Source: Armatimonadota bacterium (GTDB lineage Bacteria > Armatimonadota > UBA5829). From it: a stretch of DNA of 64,000 nt. The stretch covers positions 431 to 64,430 of the forward strand of contig JBDKUO010000049.1 in assembly GCA_039679645.1 (NCBI GenBank). The letters run 5' to 3'. The first letter of the stretch is position 1. The number at the start of each line of letters is the position of its first letter. The notes below the pieces were generated by a model. It made no database searches. It was not told where the DNA came from and was given only the letters and a program-made list of their open reading frames with translations. The translations under genes and the position numbers were made by a program. This document shows, piece by piece, positions 50,615-61,944 of this stretch.

Positions 50615-50757
50615 AAATAACGGCAATACTGGTAATTCGTGCAGCGTTCGCCTTTGTCCTCAAGAGGCATAATCTATGTGTAAGGGACAATTGAATAGAG
50701 AAAAGTGAATATACAACTTAATATTCAGCGCAGTTTATGGCGCGCGATAATGGCAAA

Positions 50758-51500
50758 CTCCGGGAAACCGGAGGACGCAAAGCTAAGGGCCTAAGCGGCT
50801 TGCCCAGTGTCCAATATTGAGTTTTCATCAGCAATCATAAGAAGATTGAATCTTGGGCATTCGAGGCCGTATGGTTGCCTGGTTGCCGAAGCGTCGAGCA
50901 CTTCGTAGACATCGACAAGGGCAAAGTCCGAGTGATCGGGCGGCGCAAAGTCACGGGGCTCCTGTGACGCCGGAGATAGAAACTGTGAATCGCAGAGTAT
51001 GGGTTCTCAGGTCCGGGCAGTGGGGGAGTCGGCTGGGCTGCCGAAAGTCTGGTAGAGGCGTTATTTTCGACGGGTTCGCCCGTCTTGCCTGCCGGTGTCG
51101 GAAAGGGGGTACTTGGCGGGGTATAGTTTGTGAGCTTGCCGGGGTTGCTTTCGGGGCGACGTCGAGACGGGCTATGACGGACGGTTTATGCGAGTCTACG
51201 TCCGCGATGGCCAGTGGAGGCGCCGGAGGCGTCCCGGCCCTTTAGGAGTAGAAAAATGTAAGGATCAGGCGGCGGAAGGACCGGTGGTGTTCGTCCGCCG
51301 CCGCTTACTGTACCGGTCGGCTGTTGGCCGTCGGCAATCGGCCGTTCACCAACACCCGACCATCTGATAGGTAGCGATCTCCGAATCGCCACCTTAATGC
51401 CGAATTGGGGTCTCCGAACCCCGCAACCTTTGCTGGAATAGCCGGATTCGGAGATCCGGCACTGGTTCTCGGGTAAGGATTCGGAGATCCTTACCCATCA
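50758..51500 (+). other. Candidate structured non-coding RNA / regulatory region (GC-rich, no credible ORF, GNRA and UUCG tetraloop hairpins, TCTCCGAA hairpin array)
   Basis: ctccgg-GAAA-ccggag (50758-50773); gacggg-UUCG-cccgtc (51069-51084); 8-bp stem ggcggcgg/ccgccgcc (51268-51302); four CTCCGA-loop mini-hairpins 51374-51490. Confidence 0.25.
51374..51490. repeat. Array of four short hairpins sharing TCTCCGAA core (two forward, two inverted) 150 bp upstream of activase gene
   Basis: gcgatCTCCGAatcgc, ggggtCTCCGAacccc, ggatTCGGAGatcc x2. Confidence 0.5.
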
Positions 51501-51643
51501 TATGGACTATATGTGACCATTTTATCCCTCCAGGTATCTTGCTACCACACAAGCGACAGTTAAAAACAAAGGAAATTCTACCCAGCTTCATCAATTCTAC
51601 TATGGGAACAATTCTCACATTTGTCGGAGTAATATAACCTGCC

Positions 51644-52423
51644 ATGACAGTCAATAAAATCACAGCCGGAATAGACATTGGTTCTCTTTCTACCGACGCA
51701 GTTATCCTCAAAGACGGCGAGATCATATCCTACGCCGTAATCCCGACGCTCTCCAGCAGCGAGACAGCGGCAGCAAAGGCATATGAAACTGCTCTCGAAA
51801 GCGCCGGGATGACTAAATCGGACATATCGCGCGTGATAGCCACAGGATACGGCCGTTCGAGCACGGATCTTGCCGATAAAGCCGTTACCGAGATCACCTG
51901 CCATGCCGTCGGCGCAAGGAGACTGTATCCCGAGGCTATGAGCGTGATCGATATAGGCGGCCAGGACAGCAAAGTGATCCGCCTGACTACTGAAGGCAGG
52001 GTTGAAGACTTCGCGATGAACGATAAATGCGCAGCCGGCACGGGCAGGTTTCTTGAAGTGATGGCTCGCGCTCTGGATGCCGATCTGACCAGCCTCGGCG
52101 CTCTTTCCAAACTCTCTACTCAAGACGTTAGAATATCGAGCACGTGCACGGTCTTCGCCGAGTCAGAAGTTGTTGCGCTTGTAGCCAAGGGTCTGCCTAA
52201 GGAAGACATAATCCGCGGCCTGCATATGTCAATCGCCGAGCGTATATACGGCATGGTCGTCCGGCTCAGAGGCAAAGCCCCGTTCGTGATGACCGGCGGT
52301 GTCGCCAAGAACTCGGGCGTAGTCAGAGCCATAGAGGCCAGGCTCGATACGACACTCATTGTCCCTGATGAACCTCAGATCGTAGGTGCGTTGGGTGCGG
52401 CTGTTATTGCGGCAAAAGAATAA
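51644..52423 (+). CDS. BadF/BadG/BcrA/BcrD-type ATPase (2-hydroxyacyl-CoA dehydratase activator HgdC-like), orphan
   Basis: GIDIGSLSTDAVIL, DIGGQDSK, cluster-ligand CAAGTGRFLE, VMTGGVAKN; no dehydratase subunits adjacent. Confidence 0.85.
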   Translation: MTVNKITAGIDIGSLSTDAVILKDGEIISYAVIPTLSSSETAAAKAYETALESAGMTKSDISRVIATGYGRSSTDLADKAVTEITCHAVGARRLYPEAMSVIDIGGQDSKVIRLTTEGRVEDFAMNDKCAAGTGRFLEVMARALDADLTSLGALSKLSTQDVRISSTCTVFAESEVVALVAKGLPKEDIIRGLHMSIAERIYGMVVRLRGKAPFVMTGGVAKNSGVVRAIEARLDTTLIVPDEPQIVGALGAAVIAAKE

Positions 52424-52439
52424 GCCTCTATCTCAGGGT

Positions 52440-53963
52440 CTACTTTATCGCCTCCTGAACCCTGCCGTCCGCATAAATATTGAATTTCCACCCGTAGCCC
52501 GAATCCAGTGTTGCGATAATCGTGTCGGCGGGAGGCGGGTTCGCAATATGATATTTATCATCCGGTTTGAAGTATGTTACAGCCATCTTGTCTGTGCCGG
52601 GCAGCAATAGTGCAGTCTTATCGCGCAGATGGTAACTTATTCTTTCGATGAAATTATCCTGAGAAGGATAGTATTCTGAATTCATGATGCTGGCCTCAAT
52701 AGCATCCGATATCTGGTGCGCGTTTTCCAGTATGAGCGCCTTGGTTTCGTCGCCGGTCAATTGAATGCCGGCAGCCGCTTTTTCTCTGGGTGTAGCTTTT
52801 CGGTATTCGAGATCGGTAACAAACGCTTTTCCTTCACTGACATACGCCATTTTAAGGCCGTTCTCACTCCACGCTTCGTTTCCACTTCTATCCGCAACAG
52901 CTACGCATACCCGGTTTTGTCTTTCACCTTCGGGATACACCAACCAGCAAGAGCAGAGCTTTGTTTTTATGCCGTCAGGTTCAGCTTGCATGTCCTGCTG
53001 CGTCCAATATCTTACAAACCTGGTCTTGGGTATAACCCAGGCATAATAGTCTTTTAACCCCTTGATAGTGCAAAGAGTCTTGCCTGTCGCTATCTCTTTG
53101 ATCGCTGTGCCGTTATCAGTGGAGGTTAGGTCAAATGGAATGCTGTTCTGCATATCATATTTGAGTTCTTCAGGCTTTACATCTGTTTGAGTTGGTGCTC
53201 GTCCATCCATATAGATGTTGCGATATACACGTCCGCCGTCACCGGTGTTGTCAACACAGAGTATTCTTTTGCCATTATCGGCCCACGTAACAATCATCGG
53301 TATGCGGCTTCTGCTGGTGAAAAGCGTTTGAGCCTGTTTGCTGTAAAGATCATACACAATGAGGTTATTGTCGCGTTCGCCGGTATCGCTGTCTCTGTTG
53401 CCGCGAGATACCAGCGCGACCTTGCTCGAATCCGGGCTCCATTCGCTGGGGAAGTAGTAGTAATCTTTTGGAATGTAATATGATCCGATCATGGCACCCA
53501 TCGTGTCAAAGATCAGCAGGCTTTTTCTGCGCTGATATGGTTTGCCGCTATCATCTTTTCCTTCCATTTTCAGCCCGGCATCAAGAGCGAAATACTTGCT
53601 GTTTGGCGACCAATAGACATATGAAGGCAGCTTCCATTGGTAAGTGTCTGGGTAATCGTTGTCCGGCAGGCTTCCTTCCATCAGCATGATAGACTTTTCG
53701 TTGGAGAGTTTGACCAGATAAAGCCGCGCAATCCTGCTGTCGCTGTCTATATTCGGCTGAATGGTCAGATAGGCGACATATTTGCCGTCGGGAGATATGG
53801 TAATGCTTTGGACATCGCCGTCGCTGCGAAAAGTAAGCTGACGGGTCTGGACCACTTCAAGGACCTTGTCTCCAACCATCATTTTGTGAATACCGAGACC
53901 ATTAGCCCCAGCGCCGGTCGAAGCAAATATCAGCGCAATGATGCCAACAACCCTTAACGACAT
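52440..53963 (-). CDS. Secreted beta-propeller (TolB/PD40-like) protein; ATG 53963 with SD ggagga preferred over TTG 53978
   Basis: Signal peptide MSLRVVGIIALIFASTGAGA, repeated SPDG/WSPD motifs. Confidence 0.6.
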   Translation of the reverse strand: MSLRVVGIIALIFASTGAGANGLGIHKMMVGDKVLEVVQTRQLTFRSDGDVQSITISPDGKYVAYLTIQPNIDSDSRIARLYLVKLSNEKSIMLMEGSLPDNDYPDTYQWKLPSYVYWSPNSKYFALDAGLKMEGKDDSGKPYQRRKSLLIFDTMGAMIGSYYIPKDYYYFPSEWSPDSSKVALVSRGNRDSDTGERDNNLIVYDLYSKQAQTLFTSRSRIPMIVTWADNGKRILCVDNTGDGGRVYRNIYMDGRAPTQTDVKPEELKYDMQNSIPFDLTSTDNGTAIKEIATGKTLCTIKGLKDYYAWVIPKTRFVRYWTQQDMQAEPDGIKTKLCSCWLVYPEGERQNRVCVAVADRSGNEAWSENGLKMAYVSEGKAFVTDLEYRKATPREKAAAGIQLTGDETKALILENAHQISDAIEASIMNSEYYPSQDNFIERISYHLRDKTALLLPGTDKMAVTYFKPDDKYHIANPPPADTIIATLDSGYGWKFNIYADGRVQEAIK

Positions 53964-54042
53964 AGAACAATCCTCCAATAATTATATGTCTTCATGATAC
54001 AAGACGCCGCAATTCACATTTTTGTTCTTGCATTTTCTTTTC

Positions 54043-54071
54043 TTGACATGCGTCCGTATCCATGCTATAAC
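54043..54071 (+). promoter_or_regulatory. Sigma70-like promoter TTGACA-17-TATAAC upstream of XRE gene
   Basis: Seen in sequence; SD ggagg at 54087. Confidence 0.5.
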
Positions 54072-54098
54072 TACTATTAGTGAACGGAGGCGATTGCC

Positions 54099-54461
54099 AT
54101 GAGCAGAGTTTCAAGCGCATTTGGTGAAATGATAAAGTCCTTCTTGCACAGGAACGGCCTTACATTTCGTGCGGCGGCTTTCAAATCAAGCATCAGCGCC
54201 GCATATTGGAAAGATATGTCCGACGGCAGAGTGCCATCGGAAGAAGTCATTGCCAAGATCGCTGCATGCTTTGACGACCTGGATGAAAACGACCTGCGCA
54301 CCGCTGCCGGTTACGCCGCCGACCCATCCAAGATGGATGCGGTTAAGGCTGTTGAGTTTGCGCTGCGTGGTCAGGAGAGCATTCCCGAAGCGGGAAAGAA
54401 GCAGATTATCGACTTCGTAAAGCAGATGGAAGAGCGCTACTCAACAAAAGGCGGCAACTAG
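54099..54461 (+). CDS. XRE-family helix-turn-helix transcriptional regulator
   Basis: HTH_3-like FGEMIKSFLHRNGLTFRAAAFKSSISAAYWKDMSDGRVPS. Confidence 0.7.
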   Translation: MSRVSSAFGEMIKSFLHRNGLTFRAAAFKSSISAAYWKDMSDGRVPSEEVIAKIAACFDDLDENDLRTAAGYAADPSKMDAVKAVEFALRGQESIPEAGKKQIIDFVKQMEERYSTKGGN

Positions 54462-54992
54462 TTGTCCAGGCTCCATTTTCAGGATGAGGCGGAGCTTTAC
54501 GCATACAAGGCGTGGAAGACGCTGTCGCTTGAACCGCCTGTAGACCTGGGTCTGGTAGCGGCAAGGCTAGGCATAGATGTGCACGAGCGAGACTTCGTTG
54601 CCGAGATCGACGGCGTATATCTGCGTCTGCCCTGTGCTCCTCCTGTGATCGCAATCAACAACTCCTACACCATTTCACCGGCCCGCCGCCGCTTTACCCT
54701 AGCGCACGAGATAGGCCATCATCTCCTCGGCAGTCGAATATCCGGCGAATGCAGACTGTTCTTTCTGGATACGAACAAAACCAGGCGCACCATAATGGAG
54801 CGCGCATGTGACAGGTTCGCGGCTCTGCTGCTGATGCCTGAGGACATGGTCCGGCGTCATTATGACGAACTCGTGCACAATCCGACCTGCAGGCTGAGCA
54901 TAATGGCCGAGCGGTTCGGAGTCTCGACATGGGCTATGAGACGGCGGTTAAGGGAGCTTGGATTGCCCGTTGATACCCGTCGCCGAGCTTGA
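54462..54992 (+). CDS. ImmA/IrrE-family (COG2856) zinc metallopeptidase, TTG start abutting XRE stop
   Basis: HEXXH LAHEIGHHLL plus downstream ALLLMPE. Confidence 0.8.
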   Translation: MSRLHFQDEAELYAYKAWKTLSLEPPVDLGLVAARLGIDVHERDFVAEIDGVYLRLPCAPPVIAINNSYTISPARRRFTLAHEIGHHLLGSRISGECRLFFLDTNKTRRTIMERACDRFAALLLMPEDMVRRHYDELVHNPTCRLSIMAERFGVSTWAMRRRLRELGLPVDTRRRA

Positions 54993-55039
54993 CCCCAAGC
55001 TCCCCGCAGTGCTATAATTTAACTGTTCAAAAAGTATAA

Positions 55040-57151
<2,112 letters not shown>

Positions 57152-57187
57152 TTTCGCGTTACAAGTTGTGAGTTGTGAGTTGTGCCT

Positions 57188-57215
57188 AAGGCTGGGAGAA
57201 GACCCCGGCCTTTTT
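57188..57215 (+). terminator. Intrinsic terminator after gyrB (aggctggg/cccggcct + T5), preceded by gttgtga x3 tandem
   Basis: Seen in sequence. Confidence 0.55.
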
Positions 57216-57294
57216 ATTTATTGCAAGTTATGGCGGAACAGGAACCCACGGTTACAGATCGCAACATCCGAATTCCGGCGATTTTAATATTTCA

Positions 57295-58572
57295 ATGCCT
57301 AATAAGTTGCAGACTCCTAATTTTATTGATAAGCCTGCTGTTGGTAAGCCTTGGCGCGGTCCGCAGGGATTGCGCGCGTTCAAGCATCGTAACTATACGC
57401 TCTATTGGATCGGTCAGGTAATATCTTTTACCGGCACGTGGGTGCAGTCGGTTGCGCAGGGCTGGCTGGTCCTCAAACTCACCGGTTCCGCGCTGGACTT
57501 GGGTATTGTCGGCGCAGCCGGAACACTGCCGACGCTGATCATAGGCCTGCCTGCCGGAGCCATAGCGGATCGGTTCGACAAGCGTAAAATTGTCATTATT
57601 ACCCAAGCCCTCGCTATGATTCAGGCTTTTATTCTGGCAGCGCTGACATATACCGGGCTGGTCCGGGTCTGGCATATAATTATCCTCGCAATCTTTATCG
57701 GCGCGGTAAATGCGCTGGATACTCCAATCAGGCAGTCCATGATCGTCGATATGGTCGAAGGCGATAAGAACGACGTCCTCAGCGCAGTCTCTCTGAGTTC
57801 AACTGCATTTAACGGCGCAAGAGTAATCGGGCCTGCGCTTGCAGGCGTAGTATTGGCGGCGGTTGGGACAGCCAACTGCTTTCTAATCAACGCCATAAGC
57901 TATGTAGCGGCCCTTGTGGCATTGATTATGATGACGGAACACGGGTTCAAGAGCAGTGCGCAGTCCGGCCCTATGGGTATACAGATTCGAGAGGGTTTAT
58001 CGCATGCATATCACTCGAATCTGCTGCGCGATCTTCTGCTCATGACCGGTATATCCGGTCTCTTTGGCGGCCAGATGAGTACTATAATGCCTGTCGTCGC
58101 TGACCAGGTTTATCACATGGGACCCAAGGGACTCGGTATGCTTATGGCTGCCATGGGAGTTGGTGCGCTGTTGGGAGCCGTGGGCACCACAGCGCTCGGC
58201 CATCATTTCAGACAGCGCACACTGGTCTTATTCGGCGGCATTCTCTCTGCACTGAGCCTGCTGGCTTTCGGCAGGAGCGGTAACTATCATATAGCCCTGC
58301 TGTTTCTTCTGATGACCGGGCTCGGTTCCATGCTCTTTATGGCCGTTTCCAACAGCATAATCCAGGAAGCCGCCCCCAACGACTTGCGCGGAAGAGTTAT
58401 CAGCCTGCGCATATTTGTGCTTTCCGGGCTTTCTCCAATAGGAGCGCTGTTGATCGGTTTTCTTGCCGAGCATATGGGTGTGCAAAACGCTGTAACAATC
58501 GCAGGAGCGGCGAGCCTGGTCTGCGCTCTTTACTATACCATCCACTCTAAAGCTATACGATCATTTAGATGA
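57295..58572 (+). CDS. MFS transporter (EntS/MFS_3-like)
   Basis: 12 TM pattern, MFS motif GxLaDRxGrR-like (GAIADRFDKRK). Confidence 0.85.
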   Translation: MPNKLQTPNFIDKPAVGKPWRGPQGLRAFKHRNYTLYWIGQVISFTGTWVQSVAQGWLVLKLTGSALDLGIVGAAGTLPTLIIGLPAGAIADRFDKRKIVIITQALAMIQAFILAALTYTGLVRVWHIIILAIFIGAVNALDTPIRQSMIVDMVEGDKNDVLSAVSLSSTAFNGARVIGPALAGVVLAAVGTANCFLINAISYVAALVALIMMTEHGFKSSAQSGPMGIQIREGLSHAYHSNLLRDLLLMTGISGLFGGQMSTIMPVVADQVYHMGPKGLGMLMAAMGVGALLGAVGTTALGHHFRQRTLVLFGGILSALSLLAFGRSGNYHIALLFLLMTGLGSMLFMAVSNSIIQEAAPNDLRGRVISLRIFVLSGLSPIGALLIGFLAEHMGVQNAVTIAGAASLVCALYYTIHSKAIRSFR

Positions 58573-58620
58573 CGTCACTGTGTCATAACGTCTGCACGTC
58601 ACAACGTCAAAAAAGTCATC

Positions 58621-58691
58621 CCTCCAGGCATCTTTGCAGGAGGCGAGTTACGCATTTGGCATTCCCTCCAGGTAGGGATACCTGGAGGGAT
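58621..58691. repeat. Two adjacent CCTCCAGG-containing hairpins (second: tccctccaggta-ggga-tacctggaggga, 12-bp stem), family R7
   Basis: Related to 18931-18961 and half-site 51524-51537. Confidence 0.45.
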
Positions 58692-59051
58692 AAAAACGAA
58701 CTCTGGACTTTCCACTTTCAGCCTTCCGCTTTCAACTCTCCGACTTAAGCACAATTACCTGATTTTACCCAGAGCAGAGGAATAACTGTAGCGGATGGGT
58801 AAATATTAAGTGTCCGACCAGTTGTGTGGTGTGGTTGGGAAAAGGCTGCTCCTCGCGGGTCAAAAACAATCGGCGAAGTCAGCAAACGATGGGGGATCCG
58901 AATGGTCCTTCTCCAACACGGGCCCGTAAATCGGGTCGGCACGGACGTTGAGCCAGGTTAATTAGGGAGTTCGGGGCAACTGCGATCCCTGTAAACTTGG
59001 CTCTTATCTTGTACGCAGGTTTTTCCGAAGCTTCCGTCGAACTAATGATTC

Positions 59052-60029
59052 GTGGATAAGCATAATTTTACTGTAGAAGAAACCAATAACCCCCGCCTGG
59101 ACGTCTATCTTGCCGAGCGCATTGACGGCGTGTCCAGGTCTTATATTCAAAAGCTCATCACTGACGGCAATGTGCTGGTCAACGGATTACCTCATCGCGC
59201 CAACTACAAGGTCATTTACGGTGACAACATCAGCGTCGATATTCCTCCGGCTGAGCCTATGCAGGTAGCAGCCGAAAATATTCCCTTGGATATTGTTTAC
59301 GAAGACGACCAGATAATGGTCATAAACAAGCCCAGGGGCATGACGGTCCATCCCGCGCCAGGCAGCAAGCATGGGACGCTTGTCAACGCTATACTGGCCC
59401 ACAGCAACGATCTTTCGGGCATTGGCGGCGTTGAGAGGCCGGGGATTGTCCACCGTCTGGACAAGGACACCACCGGCCTGTTGGTCGTCGCCAAGACAGA
59501 CTCTGCGCATCAGTCTCTTCAGCATCAGATCCAAAAGCGCACAGTTGAACGCAAGTATATGGCTCTGGTCTGGGGCGAGACTAAGTTCAATGACGCCGTG
59601 GTCGATGCCCCCATAGGCCGTCATCCTACAGACCGCCAGAAGATGTCGATCATCAAGGACACCAATCGGTATACTGCCCGCGAAGCTATAACCCATCTGA
59701 AAGTAGTTGGTCGCTTCAAAGGCTTTACACTCCTTGAGGCTAAGCTGGATACAGGCAGGACGCATCAGATTCGGGTTCACTGTTCGTTTATAGGCCATCC
59801 CGTCGTCGGCGACCCCACATATGGCGGATCAAAGCGCGCGATACCATCGTCATACAGCAAGCTTGAACAGGGTGAGCTGTCGAAGTTGATCGAAGCGCTG
59901 CACGGCCAGGCGCTGCATGCGTACTGCCTTTCGTTCGATCATCCGTCAAGTGGCAATCGGCTCTCATTTGAGGCGCCTATGCCTAGTGAGATGCAAAAGC
60001 TTGTGGACTGGCTGGAGAAGGCAAGATGA
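59052..60029 (+). CDS. rluD: RluA-family 23S rRNA pseudouridine synthase (RluD-like; S4 domain + catalytic HRLDKDTTG)
   Basis: HRLDKDTTGLLVVAK catalytic Asp motif; GTG start. Confidence 0.85.
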   Translation: MDKHNFTVEETNNPRLDVYLAERIDGVSRSYIQKLITDGNVLVNGLPHRANYKVIYGDNISVDIPPAEPMQVAAENIPLDIVYEDDQIMVINKPRGMTVHPAPGSKHGTLVNAILAHSNDLSGIGGVERPGIVHRLDKDTTGLLVVAKTDSAHQSLQHQIQKRTVERKYMALVWGETKFNDAVVDAPIGRHPTDRQKMSIIKDTNRYTAREAITHLKVVGRFKGFTLLEAKLDTGRTHQIRVHCSFIGHPVVGDPTYGGSKRAIPSSYSKLEQGELSKLIEALHGQALHAYCLSFDHPSSGNRLSFEAPMPSEMQKLVDWLEKAR

Positions 60030-60229
60030 ACGTCGGCGACATTGCGACTATGCGCAAGCCCCATGCCTGCGGGTCGTACGAATGGGAAATTGTGAGGACC
60101 GGAGCCGATATCGGAATAAAATGCCTTAAATGCGGGCATAGGGTCATGTTGGAACGCTCGTATTTCAATAAGCGGGTAAAAAGCATAAAGCAGCCGGATG
60201 ATTTCAATCACGAAAACACGAAAGGCTGA
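60026..60229 (+). CDS. DUF951-like small zinc-ribbon protein
   Basis: GDIATMRKPHACGSYEWEIVRTGADIGIKCLKCGHRVMLERSYF resembles YyzM/DUF951; last 8 codons lie inside repeat R4. Confidence 0.6.
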   Translation: MNVGDIATMRKPHACGSYEWEIVRTGADIGIKCLKCGHRVMLERSYFNKRVKSIKQPDDFNHENTKG

Positions 60230-60276
60230 AAACACGAAATCCGGTATCTTTTTCGAGTTTTCGTGCTTCCGTGATA
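60207..60276. repeat. 'cacgaaa' palindromic element (family R4), copy 2, inverted relative to copy 1
   Basis: aatcacgaaaacacgaaaggctgaaaacacgaaat...tttcgagttttcgtgcttccgtgat. Confidence 0.55.
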
Positions 60277-60330
60277 AAAATTCAAACCTGGGTCAGGATT
60301 TCCGAATCCTGACCCTATACACCAAATTAT

Positions 60331-61053
60331 ATGACCAAGCTATACTGCGGAACCAGCGGCTGGAACTACAGCGACTGGCGAGGAAGATTCTATCCCGATG
60401 ATCTGCCGCAGAGCAGGTGGTTGGAGTATTATTCGAGTGTATTCGATACTGTTGAGATAAATAACTCTTTCTATAGACTCCCCGAGGAGTCTACCTTCGA
60501 GAAATGGCGGGACCAGACTCCAGATGGCTTTACTTTTGCCGTTAAGGCCAGCCGCTATCTGACACATATAAAGCGTCTTAAGGAGCCGGAGGAGCCTCTA
60601 AACAGGCTCCTGACGCACTCGGTGGGTCTTGGCGATAAGCGCGGGCCAATTCTATATCAGTTTCCGCCCAACTGGAAAATGGACCTGGACCGCCTGGAGT
60701 ATTTTCTGCAGATTTTACCTAAAGACGTCCGCCATGTCTTTGAGTTTCGAGATGAGTCATGGCATAACGATCTGCTCTGGTCCATGCTGGCCGATTATCA
60801 CGTCGCGTATTGCATCATGGACGCCCCTGGCCTGCCGCAGCATATGAAGAGCACGTGCGACTTTACATATATCCGCATGCATTCAGGCGGCGAGGCGACC
60901 CACGGCAAATATACCCAGGGTCACCTTAACTCATGCGCCCGCCATATCGAAAATTTCCTCAAGAATGGTGACGTGTATATCTATTTCAATAACGACTACA
61001 TGGGCTATGCGGTCGAGAATGCTCTATCGATCAAGAAGCTGCTCGATTACTGA
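60331..61053 (+). CDS. DUF72 family protein (YecE-like)
   Basis: YCGTSGWNYSDWRGRFYP, TIM-barrel DUF72 signature. Confidence 0.85.
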   Translation: MTKLYCGTSGWNYSDWRGRFYPDDLPQSRWLEYYSSVFDTVEINNSFYRLPEESTFEKWRDQTPDGFTFAVKASRYLTHIKRLKEPEEPLNRLLTHSVGLGDKRGPILYQFPPNWKMDLDRLEYFLQILPKDVRHVFEFRDESWHNDLLWSMLADYHVAYCIMDAPGLPQHMKSTCDFTYIRMHSGGEATHGKYTQGHLNSCARHIENFLKNGDVYIYFNNDYMGYAVENALSIKKLLDY

Positions 61054-61061
61054 TCTGATCA

Positions 61062-61838
61062 CTACAGCAATTTTGCTGTCAATATTACAAACTTCATTCT
61101 ATCCGCATCACCACCATGGCCGGGTAAGACAACGCTCTCACCATTTTTCAAATCGACATGGCTTCTCACAGTATGTCCGGTAGTATGCATTTCACTGGTA
61201 TTTACAATAGCAATTTGAGCGCTCACAGAGATTGTTTTATTTTCATTGATATGCATAATAACGTGGATTTGCGTTTCGTGTTGAATGCCCTTTTCTTGAG
61301 AGCATATATTTAGTGCCGCAGGCATGTCCGTAATTGTAGAGATGATGGGCTCATTCGCGATGCGTGCGCGTGACTCGCTGACTAGCGAACGCAGTTTAGC
61401 GACCAAACCCGGTCCGCTGCAGCCGCTGTCGACCTCGTTGGCTTCAGCATCATTCATTTCAATGATTTCAGCCTTTACCTGGACATGTTTTGGCGGAATA
61501 TCCATCTGTTTGATCTTCTCTACGAGCTTGTCTACAGATGTGCTATTCCCACTGATCACCAGGATGTGTTCCTTATCCTTTGGCTCAACTGAATTGATTC
61601 CAGCCAGTTCCAGCTTTGCAGACGCTTCCTTATTTGCTTGCCAGGTCGATATTTTACCTTCCGAGTAGTCCTTAAAGCTGATTATTTCTAAACTCCACAT
61701 GGCAGCGCTGGGCTGGATGTGCTTAAGTGTGATAGTAGCGCTCTTACATACTTCGGTTGCGCTGCACGGTTGACTGGTAGCACAAAGCAGCCCGGTAAAA
61801 ACCGCCAAAATATACAAAATGCCGGTATAACTCTTCAT
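61062..61838 (-). CDS. Secreted protein with secretin-N/STN-like repeats (no secretin pore domain); ATG 61838 with SD aggggg
   Basis: Signal peptide MKSYTGILYILAVFTGLLCA; alternating beta-alpha pattern (ITLKHIQPSAAMWSLEII, HILVISGNSTSVDKLVEKIKQMD); weak. Confidence 0.4.
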   Translation of the reverse strand: MKSYTGILYILAVFTGLLCATSQPCSATEVCKSATITLKHIQPSAAMWSLEIISFKDYSEGKISTWQANKEASAKLELAGINSVEPKDKEHILVISGNSTSVDKLVEKIKQMDIPPKHVQVKAEIIEMNDAEANEVDSGCSGPGLVAKLRSLVSESRARIANEPIISTITDMPAALNICSQEKGIQHETQIHVIMHINENKTISVSAQIAIVNTSEMHTTGHTVRSHVDLKNGESVVLPGHGGDADRMKFVILTAKLL

Positions 61839-61944
61839 TAAATACCCCCTGATATATGGATATCTGAGTTGACTATGGTTGCTCGTTATATGTTCCTTTT
61901 CAGTTGACATCCCCAAGATACGTCGTACAATCGAAAAATACATG

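Noticed and set aside
50880-51060. Possible RNase P RNA (aaagtccgag / aaagtcacggggctcc resembles GGAAAGUCCGGGCUCC), tmRNA (uucgacggg), TPP (cugaga on minus) or cobalamin (ccacugg) motifs
   Set aside because: Only isolated short matches. The other universally conserved blocks of each RNA (ACAGAAnCCGGCUUA, tag reading frame plus GGUUCGA T-arm, ACCUGAUC, B12 box) are absent.
50853-51245. 130-aa ORF (Arg/Gly-rich) and minus-strand ORFs 51186-51392, 51394-51726 in the GC-rich non-coding region
   Set aside because: Composition is typical of wrong-frame GC-rich DNA, with no RBS and no recognisable domains. I treat the region as non-coding or structured RNA.
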